From positions 810,001 through 842,000 of the forward strand of contig NC_006833.1 of NCBI RefSeq assembly GCF_000008385.1: a stretch of 32,000 bases of DNA. The letters are read 5' to 3'. Source of the DNA: Wolbachia endosymbiont strain TRS of Brugia malayi. Its GTDB lineage: Bacteria; Pseudomonadota; Alphaproteobacteria; Rickettsiales; Anaplasmataceae. The notes beneath the pieces are model-generated. The model made no database searches. It saw only the letters and a list, made by a program, of their open reading frames with translations, and had not been told where the DNA came from. Below are positions 18,530-27,273 of the stretch, in pieces. A program made the position numbers and the translations under genes. Each line of letters starts with the position of its first letter. Position 1 is the first letter of the stretch.

Positions 18530-18799
18530 TAAATACTGGCTTATTCAGTTTAAGGAAGAAAAAAGTAGAATTTTATCTAAATTCATATCGTTGCTTAGAA
18601 CAGTAAACATCATAAAGGCTATCTGTTATTACATGATTACTTAAGAGAAAATTGTAGAAAAGCAAAAGAATACTCTGAACTAAAGTACAAATTAAGTAAA
18701 ACCTTCGTTGAAAATAGAGAGGCATACACAGAGGACAAGGCAGGTTTTATAAAAGCCCTATTAATTCAGGCAGAAAGATGGAAGAATTTGAAGGAATAA
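18530..18799 (+). pseudogene. GrpB (UPF0157) family protein remnant, C-terminal part
   Basis: HIVA*NSKHHKGYLLLHDYLRENCRKAKEYSELKYKLSKTFVENREAYTEDKAGFIKALLIQAERW matches the GrpB C-terminus (H.Hvv......w...l.FRDyLr..p..a.eY..lK..La......r.aYt..K..fi). Contains an in-frame stop and an upstream frameshift. Confidence 0.5.
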
Positions 18800-18912
18800 T
18801 TATACGTAAGACTTTGAACAATGAAAATGGTGTGAATCTGTTCTTGATCGAACACAAAAAAATCTTCGATATAAATAATAGTCCTTTATGCTATCAACAA
18901 CACTACACCCTT

Positions 18913-20961
18913 TCACTGAAACTTTGAAAAATGTAATCTACTTCTATATTCAAATATATCAAGCAGTAATTCAAAAGACTTATTCTCAGCAATTGCACTT
19001 TTTGTATTATTGTATGCAAGGTTGAGCAGTTCTCTGTCCTTGTATAAATCAGCAAACTTAAATTCCATGCATCCTGATTGTTTTAGGCCTAGTATATCTC
19101 CACTGCCTCTTAGCATCATGTCCTTTTCAGCAATGTAAAATCCATCCTGTGACTCGCACATGATTTTTAATTTTGAAAATGAGCTTTTACTTATGTTATT
19201 ATATAATAATACACAAAAAGACGGCTTATTTCCTCGCCCTACTCTGCCTCTTAACTGATGTAATTGCGATAGTCCAAATTGCTCTGCATTTTCTATAATC
19301 ATAATGGTTGCGTCTGGTACGTCTATACCAACCTCTATTACAGTAGTTGCAACGAGAAGAGGAAACTCATTCCTTTTGAAGGAAAACATAACTTGATCTT
19401 TTTGAACTTGAGTTAATTTTCCATGTATTATCCCAACTTTATTAAAAAATGTCTTTTGTAATTCCTGAAAGCGCATTTCCGCTGCAGCAATATTTAGCCC
19501 TTCATTTCCTCCTATACATGGACAAATCCAATACGCTTTTTCGCCTCTGTTTATAGCACTTTTTAGTTTTTCAATAACTTCTACTAATTTTTTAATGTTC
19601 ATAGCTACAGTTTTTATTGGTAGCCTGGATTTTGGTTTTTCTCTCAGAATTGAACATTCAACATCACCATATATAGCTTGTTGCAAAGTTCTTGGGATTG
19701 GAGTTGCCGTAACAAAAAGTATATCAGCATTTTCTCCTTTACCCACCAAGCAGTTTCTCTGTATCACTCCAAATCGCTGTTGTTCGTCTATAACTGCAAG
19801 CCCTAAATTTTTAAATGTAACATTAGCCTGAAATAGTGCATGAGTACCGATTATTATTTTTAAAATACCACTTGCAAGTTCGTTTGTAATAATCTTTCTT
19901 TCCTTACGTGTGGTTTTACCAGTAAGCAAAGCAATTTTTATATCGGTATAAGACAATGCCTCCTCGATCCAGTTATAGTGTTGCTCCGCCAAGATAGTAG
20001 TTGGTGCCATCAAAGCTGCTTGCATGTTATTTTCTATCACATTTAGCATCGCAAAAAGTGCAACTACAGTTTTGCCACTACCAACATCACCTTGCAGTAA
20101 ACTTACCATGCGGCATTTGGATTTTTGCCTCTCTGAAATTTCATCTATTGCACGAATTTGATCATTTGTTAATTGAAATGACAATTCATTTAAAACTTGT
20201 TCTTTATACTTGTTGGATATTGTAAATTCTCGTCCCCTTTTTCTTACATGATTTTCTCTTGCAAGCTTCAGCGCCATCTGGTATGCAAACAATTCATCAT
20301 AAGCAAGCCTTCTCCTGCAAATTTCCGCTTCTGCCAATGAGTTCGGTCTATGCAGCTTTATGATGCTTTCCTTCCAACTTAGCCATTTGTTTTGTTTAAT
20401 TAATGTATCACCTATCCATTCTGGTAAGTCAGGCAATTCTTTTAGATTGGAGTTTATTATGTTCCTAATGCTCTTGTTAGTAATACCACGACATAATTGA
20501 TAAACTGGTTCTACGCGAGCTATTTCTTCAAACTGATTGGTGTCAAGCAACACGTAATCTGGGTGGGTAACTTGCCAATGCTCAGCAAATTTTTCGAGTT
20601 TACCGCTGATGATTACATTGGCTCCAATTGGAAATAATTTATATAAATACTTAATTGAGTAATTAAAAAAAACTATAAATATATACTGACTTTTACTTTC
20701 AACGACTATCTTATATGGTCTACCTCTAAAAGTAGGAGGCTGATGCTCATAGATTTTCGCGATAAAAGTTGTAAGTTCCCCAACTCGAGCATCAAGTAGT
20801 GACTTACTTCTATCTACATAACTGAGTGGTCTATAAAACAGTAGGTCCATCACTTTGTTCCCACCACAAAGTTTAGATAGTATTCCAAAATGGAATTTAG
20901 ATATACCTTTCAGATTGCTGTTTAGAAAAGTCAGCACATCTGGTTGCTCGTTGAGATTCAT
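18913..20961 (-). CDS. recG: ATP-dependent DNA helicase RecG
   Basis: 682-aa ORF with an N-terminal wedge/OB region and SF2 motifs (LLQGDVGSGKT, AVIDEQQRFGV, TATPIPRT, QLHQLRGRVGRG). Confidence 0.95.
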   Translation of the reverse strand: MNLNEQPDVLTFLNSNLKGISKFHFGILSKLCGGNKVMDLLFYRPLSYVDRSKSLLDARVGELTTFIAKIYEHQPPTFRGRPYKIVVESKSQYIFIVFFNYSIKYLYKLFPIGANVIISGKLEKFAEHWQVTHPDYVLLDTNQFEEIARVEPVYQLCRGITNKSIRNIINSNLKELPDLPEWIGDTLIKQNKWLSWKESIIKLHRPNSLAEAEICRRRLAYDELFAYQMALKLARENHVRKRGREFTISNKYKEQVLNELSFQLTNDQIRAIDEISERQKSKCRMVSLLQGDVGSGKTVVALFAMLNVIENNMQAALMAPTTILAEQHYNWIEEALSYTDIKIALLTGKTTRKERKIITNELASGILKIIIGTHALFQANVTFKNLGLAVIDEQQRFGVIQRNCLVGKGENADILFVTATPIPRTLQQAIYGDVECSILREKPKSRLPIKTVAMNIKKLVEVIEKLKSAINRGEKAYWICPCIGGNEGLNIAAAEMRFQELQKTFFNKVGIIHGKLTQVQKDQVMFSFKRNEFPLLVATTVIEVGIDVPDATIMIIENAEQFGLSQLHQLRGRVGRGNKPSFCVLLYNNISKSSFSKLKIMCESQDGFYIAEKDMMLRGSGDILGLKQSGCMEFKFADLYKDRELLNLAYNNTKSAIAENKSFELLLDIFEYRSRLHFSKFQ

Positions 20962-21248
20962 ACTGTGTAAAACTGTTTATTAATCTTCTTAAAGTCCTGT
21001 CACCCTGTAGTCAAGCTATGCATTGTTTTCTGTCATAAAGTCTATACTAGATAGATCTATTAAATTACTAATAATTTTTATATATTATTGTACTATTATT
21101 AGTATATATTAAGATATTAATAATAAACAACCCTACGCCAGATGAAAAGGAAAATCCAGTAGTTACTCTAAAAGCTCAGGCAGAAAAACTTGATTTCAAT
21201 AAGTTAAGAGTTCCAAAAGGTAATAAAGGAGCAAATTCTGGTGCAATT

Positions 21249-21722
21249 ATGTATGCCGATTTTCGAAAAATGAGATTTGCTATTAATGGCAAAAGTATAG
21301 ACGGAACTTTAATTGCTACATTAATAAACGGAGCTAAGCAATGTAAATTTGGTAAAGTTTGGAATGACCACCGTGAAGATAAAAAAGTTCCTGACCATAA
21401 AAAAACTGATCAATATTTTGAAAGTTTTTACAATATAGGTATAAAATATACTAACCTATTGCCAAAAGAAGATAAAAATAAGAATTACCGTACGTTTGTA
21501 AAGGAAATTTTAAAAAAAATGTTTAAAGATGTTGGAGCAAAAGCGCCAAGCGATCATATTCCGGAGGAACTAATCACTAATTATAATCAAGCAGGGTATG
21601 AATTTATATGTGCGCCATTTATTTGTGAACTCTCTAATAAGTATGGATTACATATGGATGTTAATAGTAGTAATGTTAATAGAAGAGTACTGATTGATCG
21701 TGAAAAAATTCAAATTCTGTAA
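21249..21722 (+). CDS. Hypothetical protein; longest intact piece of a fragmented orphan gene
   Basis: 157-aa ORF with no family I recognise. Its frame is open upstream to 21051 (..NNPTPDEKENPVVTLKAQAEKLDFNKLRVPKGNKGANSGAI-M..). Protein-like reading continues after its stop in other frames. Confidence 0.4.
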   Translation: MYADFRKMRFAINGKSIDGTLIATLINGAKQCKFGKVWNDHREDKKVPDHKKTDQYFESFYNIGIKYTNLLPKEDKNKNYRTFVKEILKKMFKDVGAKAPSDHIPEELITNYNQAGYEFICAPFICELSNKYGLHMDVNSSNVNRRVLIDREKIQIL

Positions 21723-22077
21723 GAGTTAAATGTAACGCTTCAACAATACCTATAGAAGTGCCAGGGAAAAAAATAGGACAACATATAATATATCGTCCTC
21801 AGTAGGATTTACACTTGAATCTCAAGATGGGAAAGACAGTGTGACATAACAAAGATGGTAAATTATCTCCCACTGCCCTAAGAGACTGAAGGATTATAAT
21901 ATAGATAATAAAAGCTTGTTTGATATCACGAAAGAATGTTTCCAGAAATTGTGTGAAAAGCTTGGATTCTTTAAAAACAAAATAGAGCACGGGTTAGGCA
22001 ATCCGCTAGAAGTGAACAGTTGTGTAAAAAACCCAGATGTAGATCCTTTTAACAATGAATGTGAGACTTTACCTTGA
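21723..22077 (+). pseudogene. Frameshifted tail of the same orphan gene
   Basis: Plus-strand segments in shifting frames: RVKCNASTIPIEVPGKKIGQHIIYRP, GFTLESQDGKDSVT*, KDGKLSPTALRD*, and LFDITKECFQKLCEKLGFFKNKIEHGLGNPLEVNSCVKNPDVDPFNNECETLP*. The competing minus-strand ORFs are F/L/S-rich and look antisense. Confidence 0.4.
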
Positions 22078-22083
22078 TAATAA

Positions 22084-22977
22084 TCAAAATATCTCAAACT
22101 CTATCAACTTGTTTGCACAGTCAATTACTTCAGAATTTGGGAATTGATTTTTAAACCAGGTGTACTGACGTTTTGCGTAATGCCTTGTGTTTGTTTGAGC
22201 GATTTGTATTGCCTCACTTAAAGTAATCTTACCTTTCAAGTACTTTATGATTTCTGGCACTCCGTGCGCTCTCATAGCTGGCAAGTGTGGAGCTAGGTTC
22301 ATGTTAAGTAGTTTTTTTACTTCGTCAACTGCCCCACTTTCAATCATTGTAACAAAACGGGAATTTATTTTTCGGTATACATCCTCACGTTTAGGCAAAA
22401 TCGTATATATCTTAAAATTATCGAATAAAGGGAGCTGCCTACTTTCTTGCCATACGAAAATTGACTTGCCAGTTGCAGTAATAACTTCAAGTGCCCTTGA
22501 AAGGCGATGTAAGTCATTTGTGGATATTTTACCTTGAATTTTTGAGTCTTTGCTTAGTACTAATTTGTAGAACTCCTCTTTACTTAGATTTTTCCTGAGT
22601 TCACTTACATTTTTTCTTATTTCCTCGCTTACTTTTGGTATTGGCGATAAGCTATTGATTAAACTGCTGATATAAAGCCCACTTCCTCCAGTGATGATAG
22701 GCATTCGTGCATTTTCTAATGCGTGATCAACTTCCCCTTTTAGGTCTTCTAACCATAAACCCACAGAATAATTTTCTTTTGCTGGAACACAACCATATAG
22801 TCTATAAAATTCTTCTTGCTTTGGTGGCTGAGCAGTAATTATGGGAATTTCTTTGTACACCTGCTTTGAATCACAGTTTACTATACTGATATTTCCATAC
22901 TTTTTTATCAGGTTATCACATAATTCTGATTTACCTGAAGCTGTGATTCCTGTAATAATTATTATGTTATCTCTCAT
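22084..22977 (-). CDS. miaA: tRNA dimethylallyltransferase
   Basis: 297-aa ORF with a P-loop IIIITGITASGKS. IITGGSGLY and HYAKRQYTWF are typical of MiaA. Confidence 0.93.
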   Translation of the reverse strand: MRDNIIIITGITASGKSELCDNLIKKYGNISIVNCDSKQVYKEIPIITAQPPKQEEFYRLYGCVPAKENYSVGLWLEDLKGEVDHALENARMPIITGGSGLYISSLINSLSPIPKVSEEIRKNVSELRKNLSKEEFYKLVLSKDSKIQGKISTNDLHRLSRALEVITATGKSIFVWQESRQLPLFDNFKIYTILPKREDVYRKINSRFVTMIESGAVDEVKKLLNMNLAPHLPAMRAHGVPEIIKYLKGKITLSEAIQIAQTNTRHYAKRQYTWFKNQFPNSEVIDCANKLIEFEIF

Positions 22978-23052
22978 TCGTATTAATTTAATTAATGTAT
23001 GATAGGGTGTAGTAAAAATTTGGATTCCACAATCTAAAATTTGGAGATTTTT

Positions 23053-23523
23053 ATGGTAGAAAACAACGACGATAATTTGTTTATTAAGCGTTTTGCAAAC
23101 AGAACCTCTAGCAGTATAGGAGGAAGTTTTTCTAGTAAATATTCATCTCAAAACACCAAAGCACGTGCACTAGAAGAGAGAGGAAAAATTTCTCAGTTAG
23201 CAAGCAAAAAAACTGAACCGAAAGAAGCTTTTTCTGAGAGTGGTAGCATAAAAGGCAAAAGCAGAACTGTCAATGAAAGATCTTTTGCTGATGCAACAAG
23301 AAGAAGTAGGTCAGATCTCATATATTTAGTCCGTGGTAAAGACCGCGGAAGATCAGCATGGCACTATGTATTAGTTGATAAAGATAAGAGAGAAATGTTT
23401 CTTGCAAAAAGTAGAACTGGTTCTATGGATGTTGCAGACTATGGAGAGGTCTTATATTCAGGATGGGGAGAAGATCCATCACAAGAAATAGTTGATAAAA
23501 TCAATGAAGAATTTGGGATCTAG
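23053..23523 (+). CDS. Hypothetical protein (disordered basic N-half plus compact C-terminal domain)
   Basis: The ORF track starts at TTG 23041. ATG 23053 has GGAG 6 nt upstream and is the likelier start. The N-half is S/K/R-rich with no predicted structure. The C-half is DLIYLVRGKDRGRSAWHYVLVDKDKREMFLAKSRTGSMDVADYGEVLYSGWGEDP. No family recognised. Confidence 0.6.
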   Translation: MVENNDDNLFIKRFANRTSSSIGGSFSSKYSSQNTKARALEERGKISQLASKKTEPKEAFSESGSIKGKSRTVNERSFADATRRSRSDLIYLVRGKDRGRSAWHYVLVDKDKREMFLAKSRTGSMDVADYGEVLYSGWGEDPSQEIVDKINEEFGI

Positions 23524-23638
23524 CAAATCTGCGGTAAACTTATAATATTCACAACAACTAGAAAGTGCTGGTAAAGTTCAATATAGTAGCTATTCAACTG
23601 CTTATGAAAAGGCCTATCTGATTACTACGTTTAGCTAT

Positions 23639-24265
23639 ATGGTATCTGAAATAATAAATGCAATACAGAACAATTTGCTAGTGTGTTTTCCAACAGAGAC
23701 AGTGTATGCTCTTGCTTGTAATGCACTAGATGATGGAGCTATCGAGAAAATATATCAGGTAAAGAAACGTTCTCAAGATAAGCCACTGTCTATATTTGTT
23801 AGTGATGTTTGCAGTCTGGTAAAAATAGCAAGGCTAGAGGAAAAATATATTGACTTAATAAATCACTTTTCTCCCGGACCAATTACCTATATTTTACCGC
23901 TTAAAAATAACAATATGTTACCAAATAGATTTTTTAAAGGTAGTATAGGCATAAGAATACCTGATCATCCTATTGCAATTTCAATATTAAATAGGTTGAA
24001 AATTCCAATAGTTGCAACTAGTATAAATGTTTCGGGAGAAAAAAGTGTGTGCAAGGCAAGCGATATACCTCAATCTATTAAGCAACATTTATCTGCAGTG
24101 ATTGAAGGTGATGAACTAGTTTCTGGTATAGAATCTACTATTACTGACTTAACTGGGAATAGGATTAAGTTTTTAAGAGAAGGTATAATTTCATTGCAAG
24201 TGGTAAATAATATGCTTTTGACTGAGATTTATAGGAAAAAGAATGAAAAAATTAATAGGTCATGA
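23639..24265 (+). CDS. tsaC: L-threonylcarbamoyladenylate synthase (YrdC/TsaC family)
   Basis: 208-aa ORF with YrdC-domain motifs (FPTETVYALACNA, KKRSQDKPLSIFV, IGIRIPDHP, PIVATSINVSGE). Confidence 0.88.
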   Translation: MVSEIINAIQNNLLVCFPTETVYALACNALDDGAIEKIYQVKKRSQDKPLSIFVSDVCSLVKIARLEEKYIDLINHFSPGPITYILPLKNNNMLPNRFFKGSIGIRIPDHPIAISILNRLKIPIVATSINVSGEKSVCKASDIPQSIKQHLSAVIEGDELVSGIESTITDLTGNRIKFLREGIISLQVVNNMLLTEIYRKKNEKINRS

Positions 24266-25079
24266 TCAAGCAAAAAGAAAACTAATGGACAACTTGTCTG
24301 TTCAATCTTGGTTAATCTGCGGTAAAAAAGGTATAGGAAAAGCAACCCTTACAAAATTCTTTTCCAATTGGCTTCTTGTAAAAAACTGTGATGAAGTAGC
24401 ATTGGACTTACACATTGTTGAAGGTGATACCATTGGAGTAGAAAGAGTGAGAGAGATGAAAAACTTTCTGCACTTAAGTCCTATTCAATCAGAATACAAG
24501 ATAGCTATAATAGATAGCTTAGAAGCAATGACGAATAACGCTAGAAATGCAATATTAAAAGTATTAGAAGAACCGCCAAAAAACTCCAAGATATTTATAA
24601 TTAGCCATAGGCCGTACAATATACAAACCACTATTCAATGCAGGTGCTTTCAGCTAAATTTACTATCATTAACTTATGATGAAACGAAGCAAGTTGTTTC
24701 ATCTCAGTGTGAATTGGACGATAGCACATTTGATGAAGTCATTACTTTATTTCCTGGAATGCCAGGAATGATAATAAACGCAATAAGTAGTGATACCTAT
24801 GACTCATACAAGTGCTTTTATAAATTCCTTCATAACTTAAAGAATCCTGATATGATTAATAAAGTAATTAATAGCGAAGTTGAACTGGAACTAGCATCAT
24901 ATATAATTCAGGCCTTCATTTTAGAAAGCATAAAGAGAAAGGCTAATAATATTGAAATCCTACTTAGCCAATGGAGAAAAATAGATGAACTTTTTTCTGC
25001 TGCTGGGCAATTTCACCTAGATAAAAAGCATGTTTTAGCTAACGCAGTTAATATCGTAGCATCAGTTTACAAAGTATAA
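24243..25079 (+). CDS. holB: DNA polymerase III subunit delta prime
   Basis: 278-aa AAA+-like ORF (LIGHDQAK, WLICGKKGIGKATL, NAILKVLEEPPKNSKIFIISH). Overlaps tsaC by 23 nt. Confidence 0.85.
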   Translation: MKKLIGHDQAKRKLMDNLSVQSWLICGKKGIGKATLTKFFSNWLLVKNCDEVALDLHIVEGDTIGVERVREMKNFLHLSPIQSEYKIAIIDSLEAMTNNARNAILKVLEEPPKNSKIFIISHRPYNIQTTIQCRCFQLNLLSLTYDETKQVVSSQCELDDSTFDEVITLFPGMPGMIINAISSDTYDSYKCFYKFLHNLKNPDMINKVINSEVELELASYIIQAFILESIKRKANNIEILLSQWRKIDELFSAAGQFHLDKKHVLANAVNIVASVYKV

Positions 25080-25199
25080 TGCTTTCAACATCAATTTGTG
25101 CTAAAATTCTGTTAGCTTGACATTTGAAGTACGTGGTTTGACTGATAGTAAATTAACTGTGTGGTAATCGATAGAAGTTTTAACAAAAGCATATTGAGC

Positions 25200-25934
25200 A
25201 TGCAGAAAGAACTAAACTTAACTAAAAATACAGCTCCAGGCCAGAATGCAACCTTAAGAAAGGGAAAGAGTTATTGAATGGTATTTATGAAGCAAATTTT
25301 GAGCTAAACAATGCAATCAATATAGCTACTTTGCCCAAAAATTGGCTATCACACGTTTAATGGTGAGTTAGTTGTACAGCAATCATATTACGAAAGAGGA
25401 GGTATAAAAATTCCTAGAGATTTTCATTACCTTAAAGTCGTTAAATTAAATGACGGTGATTATAAATTAACGTTTTGTAATATTTTAGGTAATGAGTCTT
25501 TTTGAATATAAAAAATATGATCCACAATATTCTAGCGTTTTAGGATGAATATAAGTTTGCGGATTTTAGTAACGTGAAAAAGACTTATGGTCTAAACTTA
25601 AGGAATATGTCGTTCACGCACCTAAGTTTTTTACTGTGGAATAAGCTGTTTAGCCCGAGTCTCAAATCATGCAATCGATTTGTTTGGGCTAATTAAAGGT
25701 GGTAGAAGTAGAAAGGTGAGAACTAACGTTGATGAATTTAGTTATTTTAATGACCAAGATAAATTACATCATTATAATTATCACAAAAGTGTAGAAAGTA
25801 ACACTCATAATCCTAAAAATTTCAGTGTAAAAATGATAAATATGGATATGAGTAAAATCGACAAATTCTATCCTACTGCGGAACAAGGTGATATAATCAT
25901 TCACCCTGTTTTAGAAAATTTAAATATATTTTAA
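25200..25934 (+). pseudogene. Fragmented orphan gene (unknown family), including the 84-aa ORF 25680-25934
   Basis: Consecutive protein-like segments in shifting frames: MQKELNLTKNTAPGQNATLRKGKSY*, KELLNGIYEANFELNNAINIATLPKNWLSHV*, GYHTFNGELVVQQSYYERGGIKIPRDFHYLKVVKLNDGDYKLTFCNILGNESF*, EYKKYDPQYSSVLG*, DEYKFADFSNVKKTYGLNLRNMSF.., then the 84-aa ORF. Confidence 0.4.
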
Positions 25935-25981
25935 AATTTTTAGGATTTATTATTGTTATAATAATTCTAGGGCCTTATATT

Positions 25982-26650
25982 ATGGAAGACAAGCTGCTTG
26001 AATCAGTAAAAAACAAGAGTTATTTCAATAAAGCAATTGAATGGTACTGTTATAGATATCTGTTTTGTGTAGCAGAAAGGTCTTGGATGGCATTGATAGT
26101 ATCATGTCTCCTAGTGTGCCTGTGCCTGTTACTATTAAATATATACTTATTGTTTCCTATTAAAAAAGATTTAAACTTCGTGAAGTATGTAAGTCACACA
26201 GAGGATGAGTTTTCTGTAATACGTAAGCTTAGTTTTAAAAAAGATGAAGATGAATACACTTCTGCAGCAAGGTACTTAATGAGCAAATATGTTGAAATGC
26301 ATGAATCTAATAAAGTTGTCGAACCAGGGTACCAGAAAAATTTCATAAAAAATAACTCTACACATAAAATCTATCAAGGTTTTCAGGAGAAAATGAACGA
26401 TGAGGTTGGTGATTTGCCTTCATCTAAAAGAAAAATTTCCAACATAAATGTAGTAAAATTGTCCATTGACCGATCAATCAAGGATCTAGTCACATTTGTT
26501 GGAAATGCTACTGTAATTTCTACAACTGAGCAAAATAAGGAAATGAAGGATCAGACTATTGAGATTAGCTTTACTTTGTCAAATATAAAAGCAACTCTAG
26601 CTGGTATAATACCATTCAAATTTATTGTTAATGGTTATGAATATAAGTAA
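25982..26650 (+). CDS. Membrane-anchored hypothetical protein; VirB8-like (possible stand-alone T4SS VirB8/RvhB8 paralog)
   Basis: 222 aa. Cytoplasmic N-terminus SYFNKAIEWYCYRYLFCVAERSW, then one TM helix (MALIVSCLLVCLCLLLLNIYLLF), then PIKK..FVKYV, then a periplasmic domain of about 160 aa ending IIPFKFIVNGYEY. Layout and several anchor positions parallel VirB8 as I recall it (..W...ry......r..w, L.Plk..vpyvv, C-terminal NP.GF.V..Y). Confidence 0.45.
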   Translation: MEDKLLESVKNKSYFNKAIEWYCYRYLFCVAERSWMALIVSCLLVCLCLLLLNIYLLFPIKKDLNFVKYVSHTEDEFSVIRKLSFKKDEDEYTSAARYLMSKYVEMHESNKVVEPGYQKNFIKNNSTHKIYQGFQEKMNDEVGDLPSSKRKISNINVVKLSIDRSIKDLVTFVGNATVISTTEQNKEMKDQTIEISFTLSNIKATLAGIIPFKFIVNGYEYK

Positions 26651-26655
26651 TCGCG

Positions 26656-27267
26656 TTAAAGTAGTGCCCGTTTAGTGGAGTTTAAAATGGGTGCAAAGCT
26701 TTTTCTATGATGTTCTGTAACACCATAGAGGTTTATGGCATCTATGTGCCCTTTTGTTCCATATCCTTTATTCTTATACCAGTTATATTCTGGATATTGA
26801 TTATGCAATTCTTGCATTAGTTGATCTCTTGCAACTTTTGCAACGATTGAAGCTGCTGCAACTGATACGCTTAAACTATCGCCTTTTACTATGGACTTTA
26901 CTTGCCATTTTACTTTAGGTGGCTGATTACCATCAACTAGCACATAATCTAACTCTATACCTAAGTTTACCAACGCACGTTCCATTGAAAGTTTCGTTGC
27001 TTGCAAAATGTTATATGAATTTATTTCTGCTACGCTTGCCATTCCTATACCAAATTTTGCAACGGATATTATTTTTTCATATAGAACTTGCCTATTTTTA
27101 GCAGTCAATTTTTTCGAGTCGTTAATTCCTTCAATGATTATATTTCTATTAGTAAACACTACAGCCGCAGACATTACTGGACCAGCTAGTGGACCCCTTC
27201 CAACTTCGTCTACTCCTGCTATCACTCCTGATAATTTATTTTCTAATGTAAAATCTGGATATGCCAT
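26656..27267 (-). CDS. rnhB: Ribonuclease HII
   Basis: 203-aa ORF with GVDEVGRGPLAGPV, DSKKL and ASIVAKVARD motifs. Confidence 0.95.
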   Translation of the reverse strand: MAYPDFTLENKLSGVIAGVDEVGRGPLAGPVMSAAVVFTNRNIIIEGINDSKKLTAKNRQVLYEKIISVAKFGIGMASVAEINSYNILQATKLSMERALVNLGIELDYVLVDGNQPPKVKWQVKSIVKGDSLSVSVAAASIVAKVARDQLMQELHNQYPEYNWYKNKGYGTKGHIDAINLYGVTEHHRKSFAPILNSTKRALL

Positions 27268-27273
27268 AAGTTT

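Noticed and set aside
19595-20225. Two plus-strand ORFs inside recG
   Set aside because: They are antisense shadow ORFs.
21799-22097. Minus-strand ORFs of 63 and 67 aa between the 157-aa ORF and miaA
   Set aside because: Their translations are F/L/S-rich and look antisense. The plus strand gives more protein-like segments continuous with the upstream ORF. Neither reading is proven.
22247-22537. 96-aa plus-strand ORF inside miaA
   Set aside because: It is an antisense shadow ORF.
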